From Candidatus Aenigmatarchaeota archaeon (GTDB taxonomy: Archaea; Aenigmatarchaeota; Aenigmatarchaeia; QMZP01): a stretch of DNA of 22,423 nucleotides. Location: positions 1-22,423 of the forward strand of contig JAVZYR010000010.1 of assembly GCA_038999435.1 (NCBI GenBank), given 5' to 3'. How positions within the stretch are numbered: the first letter of the stretch is position 1; each line of letters opens with the position of its first letter. This document shows, piece after piece, positions 1 to 8,400 of the stretch. Under the pieces are notes generated by a model that was given only the letters and a program-made list of their open reading frames with translations, was not told the DNA's origin and did no database searches. The position numbers and the translations under genes were made by a program.

Positions 1-8
1 AATAAAAT

Positions 9-236
9 ATGGCAAAGGTGCAAGTAAAGGATTGGAAGGTTGAATTTGGTCGTGACCCTGTTAAGGCTTTTAGAGAGGCCATAGAAAATCCAAAACCTGG
101 TGAAAGCATAAAAAAGGAAGGGGCTGTTGATAAATTTCCACAAAGATGTAATGAACCAAAACCTGTAATGAGTTATGAAGAAGCAAAAAAAGAGTTAGAG
201 AAAAAAGCTCTTGCAAAGGTTGCAGTTTCTGCCTAA
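9..236 (+). CDS. Small Lys/Glu-rich hypothetical protein (75 aa)
   Basis: ATG-started ORF with protein-like charged composition; no recognisable motif. Confidence 0.6.
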   Translation: MAKVQVKDWKVEFGRDPVKAFREAIENPKPGESIKKEGAVDKFPQRCNEPKPVMSYEEAKKELEKKALAKVAVSA

Positions 237-237
237 A

Positions 238-473
238 TTGATGGTTTGTTTAGCTACTTGCTTTGCCTTCCTTCAGCCCAAGGTGGGAAGCAAAATTATA
301 CCAAGGCTGAAATAGAAGCGCAAACTAATAGGATTTAGCCCAACACCATCAAATCCAAAACCAGAAGATATAGGGTCCCCGTCAAAGGTTCATCCCCACT
401 CAGCCCTTAATAGATATGACTGTAAGAAAAACTGGTTTGCAATTCCAGTTTTTATATCGGGCTGACATGGGAT
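238..473 (-). ncRNA. Candidate structured ncRNA of unknown family (two long hairpins)
   Basis: No long ORF. Nested inverted repeats span 392-473 and 238-352. G-U pairs favour the minus strand. TTTTAAATA lies about 20 nt upstream of the first stem. Confidence 0.5.
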
Positions 474-492
474 ATTAAATTTTACAATTATG

Positions 493-508
493 TATTTAAA
501 AGGTTTTC
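493..508 (-). promoter_or_regulatory. Archaeal BRE/TATA promoter for the candidate ncRNA
   Basis: Minus strand reads GAAAACC-TTTTAAATA (TATA 501-493); the predicted start near 473 coincides with the base of hairpin 1. Confidence 0.5.
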
Positions 509-528
509 TCTTCCAAGAAAGCTAAAAG

Positions 529-705
529 CTAATATGCCCTTTTCTTCATCCAGCAGTCTTTGCAATAAACTGGCCTACCTTCTGTTGGCTTGAAAGGGAC
601 TTCGCATCCCTTTCCACATTCGCTACAAACTGCTTTATGCATCTCGCGTGGGCCAGATGTCCTTTTAAAGCCATGTGCTCGAAAAGGCCTGTTCAAATCT
701 CTCAT
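529..705 (-). CDS. CxxC-x17-CxxC zinc-ribbon protein
   Basis: REMHKAVCSECGKGCEVPFKPTEGRPVYCKDC is the family signature. Start moved to ATG 705 because GGAGGT (714-709) precedes it. Confidence 0.9.
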   Translation of the reverse strand: MRDLNRPFRAHGFKRTSGPREMHKAVCSECGKGCEVPFKPTEGRPVYCKDCWMKKRAY

Positions 706-726
706 CTTACCTCCTTTAAACATAAA

Positions 727-745
727 AGAAATAGCAACTACTTCT
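727..745 (-). promoter_or_regulatory. 5' UTR hairpin upstream of the zinc-ribbon gene
   Basis: AGAAGTAG-TTG-CTATTTCT forms an 8-bp stem (one G-U) between a TATA-like TATTTAAAA (~785-777) and the SD. Confidence 0.35.
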
Positions 746-786
746 TCTATGTTTATTCTTAAATTTGGTTTGTTGTTTTTAAATAC

Positions 787-1476
787 CTATTTTATTTTCT
801 TAAATGCCTTTGAAATGCCTTCTGACCAGAATGTTGGTAAGTCAAAACTTGCCATACCTTCAAAATCATCTGACCATACATAAAAATATTTTTCCCTCTC
901 AGTCACCTTTTTGAACAGCGGTTCAACTTTTTCATACATCTCTCTGATTGCCTTTCTCTCAAATTTTGCTTGAAGCAATGATGGCTCTTTAAGCATTATC
1001 ACATCAGCAAGTCTTATAACATTCAAGTCTATCATTGCCGAGGACTGTGCAATCAATATGAGACTAAGATTCTTGTGTCTTGCGATTGCCATTATTTTTG
1101 ATAAAACCTTGTTTGGTTCTTTCATTGCCTCTCTTGAAAAGAAAACAATAGCACCCTCATCAACAAGCGCGACAGAATTTTCAGGCACATCCTCAAGATT
1201 TTCAATCTTCTTTATCCATTTTGGCAATTTCGCCATATCATAACCTAAGGCATAACATCTTCTTTTTGTATTCCTTGCAATTGTCTCAAGCAAGGACATG
1301 CCTAAAGCTGATTTACCAGAGCCCCTTTTACCTGTTATCAGGATTATCAATGATTTGCTAAGCATTGACTTGTAGAAGTCATCAAATGAACCTTTGTCTG
1401 TGGTCTCTATTTTTATTGGTTGAAATGGCTTCTCAGGCAACTTTGGCCTTTTCTTGAATATATCAAATATACCCAT
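787..1476 (-). CDS. P-loop ATPase, Zot/pI-like (FtsK-HerA superfamily)
   Basis: Walker A GKRGSGKS, Walker B VALVDEG and the downstream ARH...LILIAQ motif. Confidence 0.75.
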   Translation of the reverse strand: MGIFDIFKKRPKLPEKPFQPIKIETTDKGSFDDFYKSMLSKSLIILITGKRGSGKSALGMSLLETIARNTKRRCYALGYDMAKLPKWIKKIENLEDVPENSVALVDEGAIVFFSREAMKEPNKVLSKIMAIARHKNLSLILIAQSSAMIDLNVIRLADVIMLKEPSLLQAKFERKAIREMYEKVEPLFKKVTEREKYFYVWSDDFEGMASFDLPTFWSEGISKAFKKIK

Positions 1477-1494
1477 AAAAAATATTGTTTTTGA

Positions 1495-2910
1495 TTAATT
1501 TCCTTTTATTGCATCCCAATACTTGATATTATGTATGCATCCAGGATCAGGGCCCTGTAGGTCACCGAAATAGCCATATGCACGGGCTCGACAACCACCG
1601 CATATATTCCTATATTGACACACTCCACAGTTTCCCTTGAATTTCGCTCTATCCCTTATTTTTTTCAAAACCTCTGAATTTTTCCATATATCCAAAAATC
1701 TATTCTGCCTTATATTACCTATCTTTAGAGGTATAAAAACGCATGGATAGATATCTCCATTCGGCTCTAATGCTGCATATATCCTACCTGCACCACATCC
1801 ACCAATGAATTCGGCTAGCGATTTTGTTTTTCCTTTTAAGTTTTGCATCGCCATTCTATCAGTAAAATGCGTTACTATAACAGGGCCATCAATCGACTCC
1901 ATTGAAATCCTTGAAAATTGTGGGGCAGTTGAAAAAATATCAATTGGGCAATTTTTATCTAAAAGTTTTGAATATAAAAATTTTAGCAAATTTTCTCGTT
2001 CCTGTGGGCTTATATCTTGATCTGCTATATCCTTACCTCGTCTCGTTGGAATAAAATTAAAAAATATCATGCGATTTGGCTTTAGCTCATTTTCAACCCA
2101 TTTGATAAAATCTGGTATCTCTTTGTAGTTCCATTTTGTGACTGTACAAGCAATGCATGTATCAATACCTGCAGCAATGCAATTTTTTATACCCTGACAT
2201 GTTCTCTTCCATATTCCAGGAATACCTCGAAAACCATCATGTGTTTTTTCAAAGCCATCAAGTGAGATTTCAATATAATCAACAATCTTTTTCAACTCTT
2301 TTGCAATCTTTGGTGTTATAAGTGTTGCATTGGTTGCTATTGAAATATGAAAATCTTTTTCCTTTGCATATCTTGCAATCTCGAAAAAATCTTGTCTGAG
2401 CAGTGGCTCTCCACCTGAAAATGCAATTGCAACAACACCTGCATCTGCAAGCTCATCTATAATCTTTTTTGCCTCCTCTGTTGTCAGCTCATCAGGCAAT
2501 GTATAAGAATTAGAATCTTGATAACAATGCTTGCATCTAAGATTGCATTTTTTTGTCAGATCCCATACAATAAGGAATGGTGCCGCTGTTGTTTGCGGTG
2601 TTTGAACCCCAAACTCGGCTATGCCTTTAACAACATTCACTATTGCACGCCTGAAATATGTCTTTTTAAGAAATGATTTAAGCTCATCTTCAGGTATATC
2701 AAAAATCTTTGATGCTTTTCCCAAAAATCTTGAGATAAAAACATAGGCAATCTTATCTCTAAAATCTAATTTGATGTCAGCGCCAGAATATACTAATAGC
2801 AAAACCTCCATTCTATTTACGAAAAATCTCAAAAACAATCTTGTTAATCTATTACCAAGCCAATTTTGCGTAATTTCTGCAATGGTTTCTATATCACTTG
2901 CTTTTTTCAT
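1495..2910 (-). CDS. Radical SAM protein with SPASM domain (NirJ/PqqE-like fold, substrate unknown)
   Basis: CNLRCKHC, FSGGEPL, and SPASM cysteines CGAG...YPC...CGVCQYRNICGGCRARA...DPGC. ATG 2910 preferred over TTG 2925. Confidence 0.9.
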   Translation of the reverse strand: MKKASDIETIAEITQNWLGNRLTRLFLRFFVNRMEVLLLVYSGADIKLDFRDKIAYVFISRFLGKASKIFDIPEDELKSFLKKTYFRRAIVNVVKGIAEFGVQTPQTTAAPFLIVWDLTKKCNLRCKHCYQDSNSYTLPDELTTEEAKKIIDELADAGVVAIAFSGGEPLLRQDFFEIARYAKEKDFHISIATNATLITPKIAKELKKIVDYIEISLDGFEKTHDGFRGIPGIWKRTCQGIKNCIAAGIDTCIACTVTKWNYKEIPDFIKWVENELKPNRMIFFNFIPTRRGKDIADQDISPQERENLLKFLYSKLLDKNCPIDIFSTAPQFSRISMESIDGPVIVTHFTDRMAMQNLKGKTKSLAEFIGGCGAGRIYAALEPNGDIYPCVFIPLKIGNIRQNRFLDIWKNSEVLKKIRDRAKFKGNCGVCQYRNICGGCRARAYGYFGDLQGPDPGCIHNIKYWDAIKGN

Positions 2911-2933
2911 AATAAATAGATTCAATATAAATA

Positions 2934-3347
2934 TTAAAATTCATTGTCTCCTATTTTACCATCATTATTAAAATCAGGAAATATCAATTTATAACCAATC
3001 GGCAACTTTTTGTCATCTCCTATGTACGGATAATCAGGACATGATAAATCATTTAATTTACAGACGTAATTCCTGCATAATGGTACCCAATCGATACCAA
3101 GCTCTGTATTGCGTAACTCCTTTTTACATAGATTTGTTATATTATCACCTTCTTTAAGTCTATATTCAATTGTTCTCAATGTTTGCATTTCTTCATTTTT
3201 TTCTTTATATTCTAAAAAATCTTTTGAAAAAAAATACACTGACAAGCAAAGCAGAGTAGAAAATGCGATACCTAAACCTATGTTTGTATATTTTGAAGTT
3301 AGACCTTGTCCATTGAGATATTTTTTATCAGCAAAGTCATATTTCAT
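2934..3347 (-). CDS. Membrane-anchored protein with LysM-like domain
   Basis: One TM segment (IGLGIAFSTLLCLSVYFF), then YRLKEGDNITNLC...LNDL...LPIGYKLIFP resembling the LysM consensus; C-terminal DFNNDGKI. Confidence 0.55.
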   Translation of the reverse strand: MKYDFADKKYLNGQGLTSKYTNIGLGIAFSTLLCLSVYFFSKDFLEYKEKNEEMQTLRTIEYRLKEGDNITNLCKKELRNTELGIDWVPLCRNYVCKLNDLSCPDYPYIGDDKKLPIGYKLIFPDFNNDGKIGDNEF

Positions 3348-3416
3348 AAGATAATTCTTATAGAAGGTTTATAAAGTTTACCATTCGAAATAATTTTAAA
3401 CCAACATCAAATATAA

Positions 3417-3935
3417 ATGATGGTAGAGTATGTTGTACTTGTCGATAAAAAAGATAATGTGATAGGTAAAGAAGAAAAGATAAAAGCTCATCGAGAGGGT
3501 AAACTACATCGTGCATTTTCCATATTCGTTTTCAGCTCAGATGGTAAACTTCTTTTGCAAAGAAGGGCTCTATCAAAATATCATTCGCCCGGGCTCTGGA
3601 GCAATACATGCTGCAGCCATCCAAAACCCGATGAAAAGCTTGAAGAGGCGATTCATAGGAGGCTTATACAAGAAATGGGTTTTGACTGTCCGCTTAAACC
3701 CACATTTAGCTTTATATACAAAATTAGATTTGACAATGGCCTATGGGAGCATGAGCTTGACCATGTTTTTATAGGAAAATTCGATGGACAACCAAAACCA
3801 AATAAAGAAGAGGTTGAAGAATGGAAGTGGGTAGATGTTGATGAACTAAAGCAAGATATGAAAAAACATCCTGAAAAGTATACATACTGGTTTAGGATCT
3901 GTCTGGATAAAATTTTAAAATATACAAGAGAATAG
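3417..3935 (+). CDS. idi: Isopentenyl-diphosphate delta-isomerase type 1 (Nudix fold)
   Basis: AH..GKLHRAFSIFVF, LLLQRR, WSNTCCSHP, EHELDHVF, YTYWF. Confidence 0.95.
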   Translation: MMVEYVVLVDKKDNVIGKEEKIKAHREGKLHRAFSIFVFSSDGKLLLQRRALSKYHSPGLWSNTCCSHPKPDEKLEEAIHRRLIQEMGFDCPLKPTFSFIYKIRFDNGLWEHELDHVFIGKFDGQPKPNKEEVEEWKWVDVDELKQDMKKHPEKYTYWFRICLDKILKYTRE

Positions 3936-3968
3936 ACATATTATTTAAAAATTAATTATAAAGTTGAT

Positions 3969-4373
3969 ATGAAGGTATATAGAAATTTAGGTCTTGTATT
4001 TATATTGTTAGGCATATTAGGACTTGAGAATTGTAAAAACCGAAATATCGAAAATCAATACTATAAAGGTTTTGCAACTGTTTGTACTGCTGACCCTAAA
4101 TGTGAATGCAAAGAAAAACTTTATAATTATGAAATTAGCACCGAGTTTGATTTTAAATATGATGCAAAAACTTTGCAAAATATATTAAATGATAAAATGA
4201 AAAGATATCTTAATGATATTTGCACAAAAAAATTTGATAATTTTTTGATTAAAAATATTGAAATTGTATCGGTTAACGAACAAGACAAACAAACAAAAGA
4301 ATACCCCATTTATAACTTGAGTATATGCGCTCAATCTGATGTCTTATGTTTAGGTATAAAAGAATATAAATAA
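3969..4373 (+). CDS. Secreted or lipoprotein-like hypothetical protein, very AT-rich
   Basis: N-terminal basic plus hydrophobic segment followed by Cys; several further Cys. Confidence 0.6.
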   Translation: MKVYRNLGLVFILLGILGLENCKNRNIENQYYKGFATVCTADPKCECKEKLYNYEISTEFDFKYDAKTLQNILNDKMKRYLNDICTKKFDNFLIKNIEIVSVNEQDKQTKEYPIYNLSICAQSDVLCLGIKEYK

Positions 4374-4384
4374 TTATTCAATTT

Positions 4385-5917
4385 TTATTCCCGTCTATAT
4401 AAATCATCAACGAGCTTCTTTCCCGTTCTTTTTTCCCACTCTTCAAAACTTATGCCTTGTGACTCTTGATGTTTATCTCTATACCATTCTGGTATCACAT
4501 TAAATGCACAGAAAGGTATAATTCGCCCATCTGTCATGGCATAATGTATACAGCATCTTTTGACCCGTTCGATGTCATAATTGTATTTATCCATAAAGTG
4601 CATCATACCAACAAAAAGCGCTTTATGATGGAATGCCCCGAGTGCAGTATAATCATGTTTCATCAATGCATTATAAATTATCGATGCAAGATTGAACCCT
4701 TTTGGTGATTTTTTCTTATCGATGAAAGAGCCAATCTTAAAGAGCATCTTTGCAGCCACAATATACTTCGACCTACCATTTTCAATCTCTTCTGCCTTTT
4801 CATTAAGATATTCTAGCAACCCCTCAACATCGACAAACCTTGTTATTGGTAGCATGTTTCCATTTTCATTAAAGATGTATGTTGCCATGCCACATGCAAA
4901 ATGAGAGCTTAGGTCATATTGAGCCTTTTTAGTTATCGCCTCTACAAATCGTGTTATAGGATAGATTGTAGGTACAGGATAGAAATCATCCTCTGTCACC
5001 TGTCCATTTGTCTGCTCTTCTATCTTAGCTATAACCTCAGGTATGGTTATTCTCATCCTCTGTCTCTCTGCATTTGTTATCCTGCCAACAAGCGAAACAG
5101 GCTGGTAATTTACCCCTTTAACTATGTCATTGTTTTTAAAACCAAACCGCAAAATATCACCAATCTCATGGTCATTTATGCCTTTTATAATTGTTGGTAC
5201 AAGCACAATGCTGTTTATACCTGCTTTTCTGCAGTTCTCAAAGAGGCCGCTTATCTCCCAATGATTTTTTGGATTAGTTTTTTCACTCACACCATCATAA
5301 CTTAAGTATAATGTATTCACCCCTGCCTCTTTTACTGCTTTGGCAAGTTCAAGGTCTTTTGATAGCCTTATACCATTCGTATTAAGCTGTACATGGTCAA
5401 CACCATACTTTTTACAAATTTTTATTATTTCTACCAAATCATTTCTCAATGTTGGCTCTCCTCCGGTTAGTTGTATCGCATTACATCTAACCGGCCTTTC
5501 ATTGACAAGCATCTTTACCATTTCTTCTATTTGTTGCAAACTTGGTTCATAGACATATCCAACCCGACCTGCGTAAAAGAAACAATACCAGCAATTTAGA
5601 TCACAACGGTTTGTCACAACAAGATTTGCAAGGGCCGTATGTGATTTATGAAGCTTGCATAGACCACAATCAACAGGACATATTGGTTTTTCTTTATTCA
5701 CGTTTGGGTTCCATATCCCTTTTCCATCATGCGCAAATCGCTTTGCTTTTTTGTAAAGTTTATAAGAGCCCCAGTATAAATCATCAAATTTGCCATGTTC
5801 AGGGCATTTTTTCGTAATCCATACTTTTCCACCCTTTTCAAAAACTGTTGCCTTTAAGATTTTGTTGCATTCAGGGCAGATTGAACTTGTGATTTTCAAA
5901 ATCTTCAATCTTGGCAT
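4385..5917 (-). CDS. tes: Tetraether lipid synthase (Tes / GDGT-MAS, MJ0619 family radical SAM)
   Basis: N-terminal CPEC...CPEH metal site, CPVDCGLCKLH cluster motif, TNRCDLNCWYC rSAM motif, C-terminal HFACG...MHFMDKYNYDIERVKRCCIHY...IIPFC; 510 aa. Confidence 0.88.
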   Translation of the reverse strand: MPRLKILKITSSICPECNKILKATVFEKGGKVWITKKCPEHGKFDDLYWGSYKLYKKAKRFAHDGKGIWNPNVNKEKPICPVDCGLCKLHKSHTALANLVVTNRCDLNCWYCFFYAGRVGYVYEPSLQQIEEMVKMLVNERPVRCNAIQLTGGEPTLRNDLVEIIKICKKYGVDHVQLNTNGIRLSKDLELAKAVKEAGVNTLYLSYDGVSEKTNPKNHWEISGLFENCRKAGINSIVLVPTIIKGINDHEIGDILRFGFKNNDIVKGVNYQPVSLVGRITNAERQRMRITIPEVIAKIEEQTNGQVTEDDFYPVPTIYPITRFVEAITKKAQYDLSSHFACGMATYIFNENGNMLPITRFVDVEGLLEYLNEKAEEIENGRSKYIVAAKMLFKIGSFIDKKKSPKGFNLASIIYNALMKHDYTALGAFHHKALFVGMMHFMDKYNYDIERVKRCCIHYAMTDGRIIPFCAFNVIPEWYRDKHQESQGISFEEWEKRTGKKLVDDLYRRE

Positions 5918-5945
5918 AATTTTATTAATTCGGGATACTTAAATT

Positions 5946-6266
5946 TTATCTTTTGATATCTGTGTATTCCTTGAATGTGTCCAAATCAAAATATCTTACA
6001 TTTTTTCCAAGCCTCTTTGCAAGGCTTATCGTGTTTTTCATATCACCTGTAACAGCGCCAAAAATCCACAATTCATCCACACGCTTCAGTAGCTCATCCA
6101 TATCATTTTCTAATTCTGTTTTAAGACTTCTGATCTTATACCAGTCCTCGACAATTCCAGGATAAACTGGAACTGCATGCTGGTCTATCACAAACTTAGT
6201 AATTCTTATCCTGTGAGACATATTGGGCTTTGATAGCCCTATCAACACAACCTTTCTATTTTCCAT
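5946..6266 (-). CDS. DUF4406 / nucleoside-deoxyribosyltransferase-like small protein
   Basis: LLKRVDELWIFG...M...ISLAKRLGKNVRYF pattern. Confidence 0.6.
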   Translation of the reverse strand: MENRKVVLIGLSKPNMSHRIRITKFVIDQHAVPVYPGIVEDWYKIRSLKTELENDMDELLKRVDELWIFGAVTGDMKNTISLAKRLGKNVRYFDLDTFKEYTDIKR

Positions 6267-6267
6267 T

Positions 6268-6669
6268 TTATATTTTTATCTCCTTCACATCAAGTGATAT
6301 AGTTTTTATTTGTTTTGCTCTTGCTTTTTCTTCTAATATCTTCTCTGTCACTTCTTCATCATATTTGACTTCTTTCTCAGAAATCTCCTTTACTTTTCCA
6401 TGCTCAATTATAAAGAATTTTAGTGGCTTTCCAATTTTCTTTGCAAGACAGACATCCTCCCATACCTTTTTATCAACAATTCCAAAAACCCATACCTCAT
6501 CTGCTCTTCTTACCATTGCTTCTGTATTTTGTGCATCACGACCTGGAAAGTATTCCCCATGTATCTCAAGATTTATTGGTACAAAGCCTTTATCATAAAC
6601 ATAACGGCTTGCAATAATTCTTGCATCACTATCTGTTCTAATAAGCGAAGTATAAATAAATTTTTTCAT
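6268..6669 (-). CDS. DUF4406 / nucleoside-deoxyribosyltransferase-like protein (paralog of neighbour)
   Basis: GFVPINL...MVRRADEVWVFG...LAKKIGKPLKFF; ATG 6669 preferred. Confidence 0.6.
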   Translation of the reverse strand: MKKFIYTSLIRTDSDARIIASRYVYDKGFVPINLEIHGEYFPGRDAQNTEAMVRRADEVWVFGIVDKKVWEDVCLAKKIGKPLKFFIIEHGKVKEISEKEVKYDEEVTEKILEEKARAKQIKTISLDVKEIKI

Positions 6670-6699
6670 ATAAAATATACGCAAAACCTTCTTATATTT

Positions 6700-7665
6700 T
6701 TATCGCAACATGATGCTTGTTATGGCCCATCCTGCAAAAGCTCCGATAGGGATGATAAAGATCCATGAAAATAATATCTCTGCCATAGTGCGCCATCTTA
6801 TACCAGCCCAACCAAGCCCATTACCCAAACCAACACCCATTATTGTACCAACTGTTATATGAGTTGTAGAGACGGGCATACCAAATATGGTAAAAACAAG
6901 AACGATAAAGCCTGCTACGGCTTGAATAATAAAACCATGAACAGATGAAAGCTCTGTTGATGTTATCTTTGTTCCTAAAGTTTGTATTACTTTTGGGCCA
7001 AACATTGCAATCCCTAATATAAATGCCACACTTGCAAAAAAAAGTAAAGGCAAAAACAATTCTATTTCACTCAAAATACCTACTGCATTAGGTATATCAT
7101 TTGCACCGTATGCAAGGGCAAGGAGCATCACAGAGAATATTTGTAGTGTTGCAAATCTTCTCTCAATTGATTCTTTTTGCAGCATGCTTTTTATTCTGCT
7201 AAATACAATAACTCGCAAAATTATACAGGAAACAAAACCAAGAATAATGCCAAAAAGAGGGGATATTACCCATGATATAATGATATTGCCAAGTATCACA
7301 TTATTCAATCGCGCACCTATAGAGAGGCTATAACCTATTATCACACCTATCAAGGTTTGTGTTGTAGATAAAGGTAAACCGCGCCATGAAGCCAGTCCAA
7401 GCAAAGTTCCTGTAATGAAAAATATTATTGTAGCAGCTGTGATATTAAGCCATGCAGATTCTATAATGCCTTTCCCTATTGTATTTATCACAGGGCTACT
7501 GAAAAAAAATGCTCCAATGAAACCAGCAAGACTTCCAATAACTATAGCACGCCTGATACTCATCACACGACTCCCCACAGCTACACCAAGCGAATTTGCT
7601 GAATCATTTGCTCCAATAGACCATGCCATGTAAAGTGCCATTGCAATGGCTATAAATATAAGCAT
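6700..7665 (-). CDS. pitA: PiT-family inorganic phosphate transporter
   Basis: Twin signatures GANDSAN and GANDIPN, PLSTTQ and PVSTTH, multiple TM helices. Confidence 0.93.
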   Translation of the reverse strand: MLIFIAIAMALYMAWSIGANDSANSLGVAVGSRVMSIRRAIVIGSLAGFIGAFFFSSPVINTIGKGIIESAWLNITAATIIFFITGTLLGLASWRGLPLSTTQTLIGVIIGYSLSIGARLNNVILGNIIISWVISPLFGIILGFVSCIILRVIVFSRIKSMLQKESIERRFATLQIFSVMLLALAYGANDIPNAVGILSEIELFLPLLFFASVAFILGIAMFGPKVIQTLGTKITSTELSSVHGFIIQAVAGFIVLVFTIFGMPVSTTHITVGTIMGVGLGNGLGWAGIRWRTMAEILFSWIFIIPIGAFAGWAITSIMLR

Positions 7666-7704
7666 ACTTATATTTTGTTTTACAAAAATAATAATTGGAG
7701 AATT

Positions 7705-8364
7705 ATGAAATTGAGATTTTGGAGGCCACCATTCTTTTTAAGCCCAGAGCAAGATGTTTATGAAAAGGTATTAGGATTTACAAAAGATGTTGTAATAGCA
7801 GTAGATGCTATGTGTATTTGTACCCGTGCATTTGTTTCAGGAAAAAGAGCAGATGTTGAAAAAGGTTTTAGTATCTTGAATAAAGCAGAAAACGATGCAG
7901 ATAACAAAAGGCGGACAATAGAGATTATGCTTTTTGGAAAAAGATTTTTTGACAGAGAGGAAAAAGTTGAGATGCTTGAAAAGATAGATACAGTCGCTGA
8001 TTATGCTAAAATGACAGCCCAAATTATGCTCAGCTTTCCGTGTAGAAAGATGGAAAAAGGAATTGGCCTCCATCTTATAGACATGGCTAATCACACATTT
8101 CATGCTACAAAGAATCTTGAAAGTGCTGTAAAATATCTTTATATAGACTGGAAGAATGTTTCGAGATATGTTGAGATGATAGAAAGGGAAAGGGAAGAGG
8201 CTGAAAAGGCATATAACAACCTTCTAAAAAGATTATTTGCATCAAAACTCAATGACAGACTGCTTATGATTATAAGAGATGTTGCCTATAGAATAGAGCG
8301 AACTATAACAACAGCAGAGGAAGCAGGGGATAGGCTAAGATTTCTTGCTGTAAAGCATGGATAA
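7705..8364 (+). CDS. DUF47 / PhoU-like phosphate transport regulator
   Basis: ENDADNKRR...DREE...IDTVAD and ERE..A...AEEAGD helical repeats; adjacent to PiT; GGAG before ATG 7705. Confidence 0.85.
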   Translation: MKLRFWRPPFFLSPEQDVYEKVLGFTKDVVIAVDAMCICTRAFVSGKRADVEKGFSILNKAENDADNKRRTIEIMLFGKRFFDREEKVEMLEKIDTVADYAKMTAQIMLSFPCRKMEKGIGLHLIDMANHTFHATKNLESAVKYLYIDWKNVSRYVEMIEREREEAEKAYNNLLKRLFASKLNDRLLMIIRDVAYRIERTITTAEEAGDRLRFLAVKHG

Positions 8365-8400
8365 TTAATGCTTTTATATTTTTATCAACAATATTGGTTT

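Noticed and set aside
373..385. gggtccccgtcaa is complementary to a conserved bacterial 16S rRNA segment (TTGACGGGGACCC)
   Set aside because: Only 13 nt, with no flanking rRNA similarity; the archaeal 16S differs here and the predicted transcript would be sense rather than antisense. Probably chance.
400..468. 22-aa minus-strand ORF MSARYKNWNCKPVFLTVISIKG
   Set aside because: It lies wholly inside hairpin 1 with no coding signature. It cannot be excluded as a leaderless peptide but is unsupported.
238..473. Assignment as SRP RNA, RNase P RNA, C/D or H/ACA guide
   Set aside because: No SRP helix-8 motif, no RNase P CR-I/CR-V, no properly spaced RUGAUGA/CUGA pair and no ACA tail
787..3347. 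Provirus or plasmid around the Zot-like ATPase
   Set aside because: No integrase, replication protein, capsid genes, att repeats or tRNA
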